Assembly: GCA_002633005.1 (NCBI GenBank)
Contig: NMRA01000307.1
Location: forward strand, 86,688 to 150,687
Length of the DNA: 64,000 bases
Direction of reading: 5' to 3'
DNA from: Phoronis australis
Lineage: Eukaryota > Animalia > Phoronida
The notes under the pieces are model-generated. The model saw only the letters and a program-made list of their open reading frames with translations. It was not told the origin of the DNA and did no database searches. Positions 37,642-49,500 of this stretch are shown here, one piece after another; positions within the stretch are counted from its first letter, which is position 1, and each line of letters begins with the position of its first letter. A program made the translations under genes and the position numbers.

Positions 37642-40099
37642 GGGGCTATTCGGAGAATTCTCCTCGCGGTGTCGCTGCTGTACTAGTGGTGTTTGAATTG
37701 CGCATGCGTCGTTGTCTGCATGTACATGTAACAGATGGTAAAAAGACGGAATTGTTGTCAAAATACGTCGTCGCGCTAAGCCTTATTATTGCAATTTTCT
37801 CTGGTGCAAGTCCTCGACATGTGGTCACAAATTCCCAAAAGACCGAAGGGTACTACATTCGTGGAGAACAGCGATCAAAAGGGTCAACCAACTGACAAAA
37901 AGTGTGTGGATGCGGAAGCCCAGTCAGGTGTGTGCTCTATGCATTTCCATTGGGAGACTACATATAACATTACTTGGTAAGTTTTTAGCAACCAGTTTCT
38001 ATCGACATCGTTCGGTGATGTTATCCCCACCAGTTACCCCACTGAATAACAGGTGGTTTATCGAGCGGAACTAAGTGTTTCTTTTCGGAAACTCACCCGG
38101 GACTCGGATGCCGGTTGGGCTAGCAGCACATATTCAATTGTCTTGGGTGGGAGCGCGCCCAATATAAGAGATGTATCATTCGTGACGCTCAGATGTCAAG
38201 GGTGACTTTTTCACAGCAGTTTCTCTTAAAAAACTATGCTATGTCCAATAAAAAATCTGTAGATGTGCGAGATTCCTTGTTTTATAGCCGACCCCATCCC
38301 CAGGACGACCAAATTTACTTACCCAATTAACAAGAATGAACATGAATAAGCCATTCAGTAAGTATCGTAACATAACATTGGAATAAAAATTGACACCTTG
38401 AATGAATTTTACTTTTGGAGTTCAGAAGCACATTTTAGGTGTCATGAAAAATACACATTGTTAAATCACTTTTAGCCTGTTTCACATATTTTAATTCAGA
38501 TCTTAAATAAGATTTGAGTGCTAAGATTATTAGTTTCTACAGAAAAACATGAAGATGAAACATGAAGTATGTTTTGCCTTACAAAAGTAGTTTTGTCTTG
38601 CATTTTCTTTTATAATTTGCTAATATTTCTCTGACTATTCTGTTACAGGTAAGAGAAAACGACTGAAACCAGCCGCCTGACGATCTATTTTACCTTTTGA
38701 CAAAGTAAAAAGCAATCCTTCAGCAATAACTTGATAGAACCTAATACAGAAATTCTGCACTTGATATGCCTGATTATAGACAATGTTGTTTCTTTGTATG
38801 TATGTGGTTGTTCAGTTTGCCAATTTGTTTTTAAATACAATGATAATTTTTCTTCTCGAATCTTGTGCTTAGCAGATTCTTATCCAGCAAGCTACAATTG
38901 AAAACATAGTTTTCTTGCATGTGGAACTTTTGTTCATAGATAAGTTAACACAAATTTTACAATTGTTCAATGGCCTTCTTAAGAAAGCTCTAAAAATAAT
39001 TACACACACACAAACAAATCAAATGAAGGGAATACTTCATTTTGATTCTTACACATTTGTTTAGGTCAACAGGAAAATAACAATTCATAAGCATATTCGG
39101 TAATCATGTCAGCTTTATAAAGAATAAGCACAACTGCACTGTATGGGGCTTTAAAACTGAAGAAATATTATGGTTTCAATAATTAGTGAAAACCTTCCTG
39201 TTGATGCAAAAATTATTCCATCATCAAAGTGTAACATTAACTGGCTTTCTACTGACAATAAGACAATCGATGCAGTCACTGAATGTCCTCATAATGTGTA
39301 CCATTTGTAAAAAGCCTTCTGAAAATAAAAGTTAATGTCAGTCAGTGAGAAAGAACAGACATTTTTCCAGATGCTTTGCTTTTCATTTCACTGGGATCTA
39401 GTTTCAATGGCCTATAGAAGCGCTTGTAAAAAAGGTCCAGTTTCGGCACGTGGCTTTCCTTCGTGTTACCTCATTCAGCCGCAATAACATCCACAATTAG
39501 ATCATTGAAGGTACACACAACAGCATATCACTTGACTTGTTTTGTGCCCAAAATCTGACCCTGAACTAAACCAGAGTGTTACTAGGTCTTCTTTAGCTTC
39601 CGTCCCTCATGTTTCTTCCAGGAAAGGAAATAAGCTATTGCCCACACATGACTCATTGCCTAAGAAAGGACATCCTCACCAATGAGACTGACCTTTGTAG
39701 CAGTCACATGTCATAGTTTCTCTTGATACACAAACATTCCACTGGCACATTGTTTTATGATACCTTAGTACTGCAATTCACATTTCTCCAGGGCCACTGA
39801 CTTGCACATTGTGCCATGCAGCACTGCTGTTGCGTGTAAATGCTGTGGGAAGAGAAAGGAGTAACAAAGCTTGTCTGTGTTGCGGCTTGAAGTGGCCTTA
39901 AAATGTCATTGAACCTGGAACAAATATTGAAATATGAATAATTAAGTACTCCAGGTTGTGTCAAAAATGCTACCGCTGTTTTTCAAAAATATGGCGACTG
40001 CTCTAAAATTTCACAAAAACTAAATAATTACTATTTTCAGAAAGCAAGGGTGTACATAAGTATTGTATAAAACTGCGTCTTTATCTTTCATTCGTAGCC
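37642..40099. mobile_element. Highly degenerate ISL2EU/Harbinger-like element (THAP fragments on +, SWIM-like fragments on -)
   Basis: Plus strand: VCSMHF followed by gtaagt at about 37930-37982, then ag|GKRKRLKPAA*RSIF at 38649 (THAP C-terminal RLK..AVP.IF-like). Minus strand near 39600-39720: decayed C.C...SHV.A..F pattern. Possible at|gggg...gcc|at ends. All heavily mutated. Confidence 0.35.
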
Positions 40100-40123
40100 A
40101 TAACAATTCTTTAAACGCATCAC

Positions 40124-40782
40124 TGTCACGTTTTTCCCGTGTGTGGGTGGGCGCAGGCTGTTACAGACCGGTGCTAATAGCTTTCGGTGCGAAGATTGAC
40201 TGAAGACTGGTTGAGTTAATCCTTAATTAATCCCGACCGTATGTTCACAAGCCTACTCAAACAAAACGTCCGACGTAATGTCTGTTTATGCTCCAGCCAG
40301 TGCTGCGAAGCCTTGACTTGTGATGAACTTCTGAGACACGTTCAGCAACTGTTACACTCGTCGATTCAATAACCTGCTGTCTCTATAGCTGGCTCTCTAT
40401 TGACCATCGCTGTAACTGCTGATTCTCTTCACTGCAACTCAACTGTAATTCTCCTGATTAACTTTCTTGAACTCTCTTGAACTGACTTGATCTTCTCGTG
40501 AACTGACTTGATCTTCTCTTGAACTCAACTGACTAACACAAACCCGTGCTCGTGTATTTATAGCGTAATGCATTGTTCTAGAACTTTTCATCAATTCAAG
40601 CACATACCAGAACTTTCCTGAATCTACCCAACCATTCTACAAACATGTACTAGTCTCTAGAATATTCCAGTCTGCATTAATCACTGTCATACTAGAGTCT
40701 TCTAGAAAGTTCCACACTATACATGTACTGTAGTAAACAAATTACATCATCGCTGTACTTAACTCAGTAAAACAGAGTTACA
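40124..40782 (-). mobile_element. Putative solo-LTR-like element carrying the HSE promoter
   Basis: On minus it runs TGTAAC...CGTGACA, about 660 bp, with promoter then an untranslated purine-rich tract and no ORF. No TSD found, so boundaries are uncertain. Confidence 0.4.
40527..40713 (-). promoter_or_regulatory. Heat-shock-type promoter: four clustered HSEs, TATAAATA and Inr TCAGTT
   Basis: gTTCtaGAActttt (40575), aGAActTTCctGAAt (40609, perfect triple), taGAAtaTTCca (~40658), cTTCtaGAAagTTCc (40699, perfect triple); TATAAATA on minus at 40562-40555; Inr TCAGTT at 40532-40527. Confidence 0.75.
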
Positions 40783-41094
40783 AAATAAAACAAAACAACT
40801 AAAAATACTGTCAGACTTGTCTGCAAAATATGCAAGTTCTGAGACAACTTCAAACCTTTGTTTCCCATTTTCAAGGTATTTTGATATCTTCAGCAATTTT
40901 AAACTCCGATTACATATTCATGGGTCTTTCAAGCATACTTCTAGTCTAAGGCTGAGGGAACGGTTTCTCAGACTTTTTATTCTTCTTCTAATAGATGATA
41001 TGAATACTTGGGTCATTCAAAAATGATGGATAATCTTTCTGTTGTTTATGAGTAATTACACATCGTGTTAACCCATGTACATCTTGTAGTTTAC

Positions 41095-44000
41095 AGGTTG
41101 TCACCGAAGAGTATGGTTCACTGTCACTTCCTAGTAACTTGCAGGTGTGGCCCACATTGCATGAGATTAACCCTGGGGATCATACGATTCCTGTTAGAGT
41201 CACGAATGTGGGTTGTAAGTCTGTTACTGTTCCTGCTGGTTCAAGCATCTGCAGCTTGGTACCGGTGGATCAGACGGCAGCTGAAATTCCGTGTTCTGAT
41301 TCAGCTGAGAATTCTGAGGAGTTCATAATAAACCCAGAATTAAGTATTGAGCAGCGCGCCCGAGCCGCAAGTTTACTCAATGAATATCAAGATATTTTTG
41401 CGCAGAATGATTTGGATCTTGGTCATGTTACTCAGGTTCAGCATAAGATACATTTGACAAGCGATGCTCCTTTTAAACACCGACATCGCTCTATTCCTCC
41501 TAACATGTTGGATGAAGTTAGAGCTCACTTAAAGGATATGTTGCAGCTGGGGGTTATCAGACCGTCCACTAGTCCATATGCTTCTAGTATTGTCTTAGTA
41601 CGTAAGAAGTCTGGAGAGTTGCGATTTTGCTTAGATTTTCGTAAATTGAACGAGATCACGGTAAAGGATGCTTATGCTTTGCCTCGTGCTACTGAAAATT
41701 TGCATACGCTTCATGGTTCTCGATATTTTTCAACTCTTGACATGAAATCTGCTTATTGGCAGGTAGATATAGCAGAGGAAGACAAACATAAAACAGCATT
41801 CACTGTAGGTCCACTCGGATTTTACGAGTGCAATAGACTTCCGTTTGGGTTAACCAATGCTCCTGCAACGTTTCAACGAGTGATGGAAATGTGTATGGGG
41901 GACTTGTATTTGTCTGAGTGTTTGATCTTGTTGGACGATATCTTGGTGTTTAGTGATACATTTGAAAATCATCTAACCCGATTGAGAAATGTGTTTCAAC
42001 GCGTACGTGAGTTTGGTATGAAACTGAAGCCGTCAAAATGCGAGTTCTTTAAGAAGCGAACTGTGTATTTGGGTCACGTGATTTCTCAACAAGGGGTCGA
42101 ATGTGATCCCGATAAGATAGCGGTTGTGTTGGATTGGCCTGTTCCAAAGTGTGTGAAAGACTTGCAAAGTTTTTTTAGGTTTTGTGGGGTTTTACCGTCG
42201 CTTTATTCAAGACTTTGCATCAATTGCTCAGCCTCTTCATGAACTTACAAAGGGAGTAACTGGTCGTAAACGTAATTCTTCCTCAAATGGACTGTTTGTT
42301 TGGGGTGATAAAGAACATTATGCTTTTGAAGAACTTAAACGCAGGTGCACGAGTAGCCCTATACTGGCATTTGCTGATTTTACGCAGCCATTTTCTGTGC
42401 ACATTGACACCAGCATGACGTCGTTAGGTGCGGTATCATATCAGGAGTCAGGGGGACTGAATAGACCCATTGCCTTTGCGAGTCGTTGTTTGAGTGAAGC
42501 CGAGAAACGCTATCCTGTACATAAACAGGAGTTTCTGGCTCTTAAGTGGGCCATAACGTCTAAGTTTCACGATTACCTATACGGCGGTTTGCCGTTCGTA
42601 GTGTACACTGACAATAACACTGTTACATATGCATTGTCCACAGCTAAGCTGGATGTATGCTTTCAGAGGTGGGTTTCTGAGTTAGCGAATTACAATTTTC
42701 AGATTGTGTACAAGACTGGTAAGTCGAATTTAGACGCTGACGCGCTGTCAAGAATAGTGTGGCTTGGTCACGGCCAGGCTTTGCTTTGTGGTGTTACGAC
42801 ACGGAGTGGGTTGGACACTTGGTCGTCATTCCCTGCTCTAACAAACGCCGAATTAGTGAATTTACAACGTAATGATATTATTCTTGGTGGCGTGATGGAA
42901 TGCTTGCGAGCAAAACGTAAGCCTGTTGACACCGCAAATAGCGGTGTACGGAAATATTTTGAGGTATTGGAATGATCTGTACTTAGATCGGGGAATGCTG
43001 TTCATATACAGGGTCTCCTCGGTTGATAATGAAGTTGTTACTATGTTAGTTGTGCCACAGTCGCTACGAAGTGAGATTATGGTGTCTCTGCATGATGCAG
43101 CTGGGCACCAAGGGTATGAGAGAACATTTGCCTTGATTAGCAATCGCTACTTTTGGGTAGGCATGCAAAAAGATGTGGCAGACTATTGCAAATCATGTGC
43201 GAGGTGTCAGATTTCTAAGGGTCCATACAAGAAACCGAGGACTATCATGAGTCACTTGACTGCATGTAGACCCAATGAAGTGTTAGCCGTTGATTTTACT
43301 GTTCTCGAGCCGTCCAGTGACGGTAGGGAAAACGTCTTGGTGATGACGGACGTATTCACGAAGTTTACGCAAGTTGTTGTGACACGCAATTAAATAATAA
43401 TTAATTATTAATTATTAATAATTTACACACGTTAACAGATCTGGTATAAGCAGAATCGTGTTTTCCTTCACGTGTTACTAAAATTAACTACACATCTATT
43501 TGTTAATTTGATAACGTTTTTAGTGTTGCAACTGCAAATTTAAAATACAGTGATTACAGTTCAGAGACCAGTTGCATAAAAGTTATAGGACTTGTGGCAA
43601 CAATGACGTCGCATTATCACGCACACCTTGTTATTGTTGAACAATGCACCTGACGTCATGCAACAATCAAACTTATACAGCGGATAACTTTTGAAGCTTG
43701 ATGCAACTCAGCCCTGGACACGAAACTTAGCATCCATTCAAAATGACTAGTGTTAACTGGCAAAATTTCCAGGTTGCTAAACGGGAATGAGAACCATGAA
43801 TAAAAGCAACTCCATGTGTGGGAATGCCAAATTCCAGGCCGTCACAAAGTGTAAACAAGATTCAATTATGAAACTACTGGATTGAAGGTCTCACAAACGA
43901 AGCAATTATCCTTCAAGAGGGAAAACAAATACCATGCCAAGTTTCCCCTAACGACCAAGATTACAAAGGTACAATATCCAATTCAGGATCACTTAAGACG

Positions 44001-45230
44001 TGGGCATACAGACGACCCTCCACGAAAGGGTGGCAAAATATTGATACGGAAGCATTGGTTGGCAATTGTCTCACCAGTGTCGTATGTAATACAACCTGCA
44101 TTACTTGGCACACATACACTAGAATATATAGCAACAAACACTCACTTGTTTTAGCCGTCTTTGATGTCGAAACTGCATCATCCGATCCTGCCTTGATTGT
44201 TCTTATGGTGACGACGTACTCAGTTCCAGGAGTCAAGCCAGTACAACGTTTCTTGGTATCAGCCTTGTCAGCAATAAACTGATGGGTGCCGCATGAAACT
44301 TTGTACCTGTCTTTAGGTCCAGTCGCAGCAGTCCAACTGACATCAATTGTTGTTTCACTTCCAACCACAGTGGTAATTGTAGCTGCAGCAAGTGTTGTAG
44401 CGTCTAATACAAATGTAAAGACACGCATTAAACAAAATAATAGGACAACAAGTAGCATAGGTATGCGCCAGCATTGTACATCATGCACAGAGCAGACATT
44501 AACCTTGCGGATTTATAATCCCCAAGAGACAGTTTTATTTCACTTAAAAATGTCAATTAGGGAGGACACAAATCAAACTCCTCTAGAATTGAATTCCATA
44601 AGAATCGATCGATTAGTTTGGTGTATGCCAAGGATGANATCCCGTACAACCCCATATCATCCTGAGGGAAATTCACAGTGTGAGCGTTTTAATCGCACAT
44701 TGCATAATCTGTTGCAAACTTTGCCAATGGATCATAAGCGTAAATGGCCGGAGTATGTACATGATCTGGTGATGTCGTATAATTCTACTCCACACAGCAC
44801 TACTAAGTACTCTCCGTTTTTCTTGTTCTTTGGCAGGGAACCGAAATTTCCTTCGGATTTTCTCCTGCGGTTTGATGCAGCAAATCTGGCAGATGGTTGC
44901 ACAGATGAGTATGTAAAGTTAAGAGCAGGTAAAATGAAAGACGCTTGGCAGCGTGCTCGGTATTTTACCGACACTTCGAATGATAGAAATAAAGCTAGAA
45001 ATGATACCCGTGTGTTCGCCCAATCACTTCCGGTTGGTGCAACGGTATTTCTGAGAGACCACAGTATCACAGGGAGGAATAAAATTCAGAATGTATTTGG
45101 TTCAGTTCCTTATCATATTGTCTCTCGGAGAAATAATGTGTATTCTGTGCGGGCGGCAGATGGTGCCGGACCGATTAAAACTGTAAATAGGTCGGAGATC
45201 TTGGATGGTAGGGACTTGGTAGGTCTCTAG
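41095..45230 (+). mobile_element. Ty3/Gypsy LTR retrotransposon pol (RT-RNase H-integrase), frameshifted and interrupted
   Basis: RT 41139-42180 (SPYASSIVLVRKKSGELRFCLDFRKLN, LPFGLTNAPATFQ, LLDD in place of YLDD); frameshift in a T-run at about 42170-42183; RNase H 42184-42760 (DTS, PIAFASRCL, EFLALKWAI, VYTDNN, NLDADALSR); H2C2 integrase (HDAAGHQG...CKSCARCQ, LAVDF) to 43390; core resumes at 44639 (SRTTPYHPEGNSQCERFNRTL, YNSTPHSTTKYSPF) to 45230. The RT-RH-IN order indicates Gypsy. Confidence 0.95.
44146..44403 (-). CDS. Isolated fibronectin type III domain exon (phase 1-1, 258 nt)
   Basis: gtattag|AC...ACAA|gtgagt; open 86-codon frame ...SETTIDVSWTAATGPKDRYKVSC...CTGLTPGTEYVVTIRTIK..., with the FN3 W, Y and L.PGT.Y signatures. 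Confidence 0.8.
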
Positions 45231-46425
45231 TATTTTCAGTTTTGCTGCTGTTGCGAGCGCGCCAGGCGTTGCCGTGCTGAAAGTGGAATGTGCGTTGTGA
45301 TGTCTGTAGCCAGTACGAGGAGACTGAATGATTTCCATTTCACTGCNNNNNNNNNNNNNNNNNNNNNNNNNNNNNNNNNNNNNNNNNNNNNNNNNNNNNN
45401 NNNNNNNNNNNNNNNNNNNNNNNNNNNNNNNNNNNNNNNNNNNNNNNNNNNNNNNNNNNNNNNNNNNNNNNNNNNNNNNNNNNNNNNNNNNNNNNNNNNN
45501 NNNNNNNNNNNNNNNNNNNNNNNNNNNNNNNNNNNNNNNNNNNNNNNNNNNNNNNNNNNNNNNNNNNNNNNNNNNNNNNNNNNNNNNNNNNNNNNNNNNN
45601 NNNNNNNNNNNNNNNNNNNNNNNNNNNNNNNNNNNNNNNNNNNNNNNNNNNNNNNNNNNNNNNNNNNNNNNNNNNNNNNNNNNNNNNNNNNNNNNNNNNN
45701 NNNNNNNNNNNNNNNNNNNNNNNNNNNNNNNNNNNNNNNNNNNNNNNNNNNNNNNNNNNNNNNNNNNNNNNNNNNNNNNNNNNNNNNNNNNNNNNNNNNN
45801 NNNNNNNNNNNNNNNNNNNNNNNNNNNNNNNNNNNNNNNNNNNNNNNNNNNNNNNNNNNNNNNNNNNNNNNNNNNNNNNNNNNNNNNNNNNNNNNNNNNN
45901 NNNNNNNNNNNNNNNNNNNNNNNNNNNNNNNNNNNNNNNNNNNNNNNNNNNNNNNNNNNNNNNNNNNNNNNNNNNNNNNNNNNNNNNNNNNNNNNNNNNT
46001 TTTTTTTTAACTTTTTTTAGTCCTCCCGATTTTTGTCGCGGAAAGGTTCACATTGACCATTTCAAAGGCTGGTTATCGGGCATGATTTGGGCCGTAAAAG
46101 TTTCCGCTTTTTTGTCATTGGTCATTCCAAGCCCTGGCTAATGTCTGTGGAGCTGCTGGGTTCAATTCTGCATTATGACTGCTAATGTCTGTAAAATTAC
46201 TTGTATTGTGGAAAATGTCCCTTTAAATGTCGAAATATTCCATTAATTACTTCTAATAAATAGCCTGCTCTTTGAAAATCAGCGAGGGATGTTACATAGC
46301 AATAACATCTTTATGCACCCACACGTTTATAAAAGAATCTCACAGGATGTAGGTTCTCACTAATAGAAATCTGCTGTTTTACCTGTACAACATTAACCTG
46401 AAGCTCAGAGTTTTCTGTATTCCAG

Positions 46426-46591
46426 ACGTGTGGATCGGCCTCCGTCAAAAGACCTCCTTCGGCTCTTTATCAGAGCCCATGCTGTGCGTACAGGTAATGC
46501 CCCTACCAGTCCATGGGTGGTGGATGATGATGTGGTCAAAGAACATGGGTTGGTCAACAAGTTTGCCGCTCTGTTTGTGTCACCTTTAAAG
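46426..46591 (+). CDS. BAZ1B: BAZ1B exon (post-WAC region)
   Basis: ccag|A CGT...AAG|gtatgt; RVDRPPSKDLLRLFIRAHAVRTGNAPTSPWVVDDDVVKEHGLVNKFAALFVSPLK. Confidence 0.9.
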
Positions 46592-49500
46592 GTATGTGCT
46601 TAGGGTATGCTAAATTGTGTGTCAGTCTTATTTCTTATAGCGGAATTAGGGGTGTATTCCTTAACAAGTTTTTTATGTTTATTAATAAAAAGTTATATAA
46701 TAATTGGGGTTACGCATCAGAAAGCATTTTATATGGGCACCCCAAGTAAGGTTAAACACTCAGAAATTATTTTATGAGTCATTTGTATTTACAGTAAAAG
46801 TGATATTTCCATGTAACTATTATTGATCCAGTTGTGATTTAAGTAACTAAGTTATTTTTACCTCTTATTGAGCAAGGTTTTAAAGATGTTCCTGTGTGCT
46901 CCTAACTAATGCTAATGTATAGCACTAACTAAAAGTCAATGCTTTTTTAACATAATTTAAGATAAACACAAAGTGCAGTCGTATTCACTGACAACTTGTA
47001 AATGTGAAAACAAAGAAACTCTGCAAGTAGTTGACCTTTGCCCTAATGATGTACCTCACGGGTTCACTTATCCTGCAGCATACAGTGTTATTCCCCAGCA
47101 CCACGTCACGACACTTACAAGTCATGGTTCAGTGATTTGCTTGTGGCTGATCACTTTTTCCACAAAACTCGTTCTTAAAAACATTTTCAACAATTTTCAA
47201 CCTATTTCATATTCATCACATCGTCGCTTTATGTTGTGTTTTCTAATTCTCACTAATCTGGCCAAGGAATCACGGAGATAATTAGCGCGCACGTTCCACT
47301 TTGAAAGCCATTCTGAAGCCGTGGAACAGTTACTAATGAAGTTTTAGAATGTTGAAATATTTGGAGTTTGAGATGCAAAATTATTTTTGAATTGCAAATT
47401 TAGATCTAACTGAGTACAAGAGATAAAGCGTATGCAGACAATAGGATTAAGCATGTTTTTTATTTTTATCTCATCTGTAGATGGCTGAACTGGGTCGAAG
47501 GTCATTGGAACCAACCAAGAAAAGAAAATCAAACACTAAATCAACAACGAAATTGTCCGGACAGCCAAGTTTAAAGAAGTCCAAAACTAACAAAGTTGAC
47601 AAAAATGACAAATCCAAATCATCATCCCCCAAGAAGAAGTCCACCCCCAAAAAGAAAAATGGACCTATAGACGTAGACAGTGACAGCTCTGATGATCTGA
47701 CCCTGGCACAGGTGAAAAAAGGGGAAACCCCGAAAAAGACTCCCAAATTAAAGTCCCCCAAAAAGTCTGTGTCGAAGAAAAAAGTTACTGATTCATCAGA
47801 CGAGTCGGAATCTGATCTTTATACATTAGCGAGTATTAAACAAGGTACTCCAAAGAAACTGGAGTCTTCTGCTGCCAAGAAAAAACTCAGTCCAAAGAAG
47901 GGGCTATCAACTCCCAAAAAATCATCCAAGAACCCAAGCAAAAAGGCAAATGAAAGGACTCCTAATAAGAAGAAGGTAATGTTTGTCTTATTTGAGTTCC
48001 TGTTTAAATTATTTACTGTGCTGTTTGAAATTAATGCACAAACTTAAGAACCAAAAATTACTTCAAGGCCCAGGGTCTAATCTTTACATTCAAAATCCAA
48101 ACTTGAAAATATTGTTGGTATTTTCTGTTCTCCGTGATTACAAACAAAAGCTCAGAACCGTCAACAATTATTTCAAGTTATTTATCAAGTAAAACTTAAA
48201 ATTCCAAAACTACTTTCAAGTTAGAGTAAAAAGATTAGATCCTGGGCCCACAACGCTAGTATTTTGTCAACCGTCTTCACCTCGAGGTCTGGAGGCTGAC
48301 CGTCTTCACGCCAAGGTCTCGATACTCAAGGTCCAGAGGCTGGCAAGACTGTTCAGGGAAGAAAATCACCCATCTGTTCTCCAGATGTCTATGTACCACC
48401 CGTTCAATGAAATATTGACGACCTGTTCATCATGTCTTTGTAAATTTCAGGTTTAAAAGCAACCTCTCAAAAGGAAAGTAAATCGTATTACTATAAATTG
48501 TACACTTGAGCTGTAGTAAATATTGGAATTCAGTTGTTTTCAATTGTTAATTATATTTACCACTATTACTACTTGAACGGGGTCTGCTGGACTGTATTCA
48601 CTGGACTGTATTCACTGGACTGTATTCACTGGACTGTATTCACTGGACTGTATTCACTGGACTGTATTCACTGGACTGTATTCACCTAATTCCTCGATCT
48701 GCAAAGACGTATCGTCTTCTTCGAAAGGATGATGTTGAATACAAGTGATTGGAACGTGAGACCTCGTTTGTCTGGTAACATGGTCAATACTCTCATTCCA
48801 TGCATACGACAATTTAAATCTGGCTAATTAAGTGCCTGTAGTAGAGAATGCAGGTATTGATGTTAAAATAACATTTTAGCTCTTGATTTTATAGTCACTC
48901 AAACAGATGACCTTATTTGATATCAAGAAAAAGACTCCTTCGAATACCTCAAAGTCCCCAAGGCCCAAAATTGCCTCACCACCAAGGTTACCCAAGATAG
49001 CAGTCATGTAAGTTTTAACTTTAGGGCTGTAAATATGATGTTGCGAAGACTGCCTTTGATTAAAAGGCACAGCGCATAGATTTTAATGTATTTGTTTTTG
49101 AAGTTGAGTTCACCCCAAATTTAACAACATCACGTACAGTGGACCAGAATGTTGAGAATCTCAACTGAATAATGGGCATCAAACTGATTTTCAAAATCCA
49201 GGACCACAATTAAGTATGCATACACCTAACTTTCTGCGATTCTGCTGCATTGCTCTCAACGCTTTTGAAAATTCCTTTGTACTACTCTTAAATAAGTCGG
49301 ACAGTTGAGGCCTCAAAACTCCCCTCGCTTTATTTTCACCTGTTTAGAACAGAGGAAGAATTTCTTCATTCAACAGATGTGATGTGAAAATAAGAACATA
49401 TTGTACGTTACAGTTCTTCATATCTTGCTTTTTTACTGACAGTTCATAAAAAGTGAAGTTGGTTGCCTTTCAGCTTTGCAGTTGCCTTTTAGAAATTGTT

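Noticed and set aside
44286-45230. 314-aa ORF as one protein
   Set aside because: Chimeric: the antisense of the FN3 exon/intron is joined at an N to the integrase C-terminal half.
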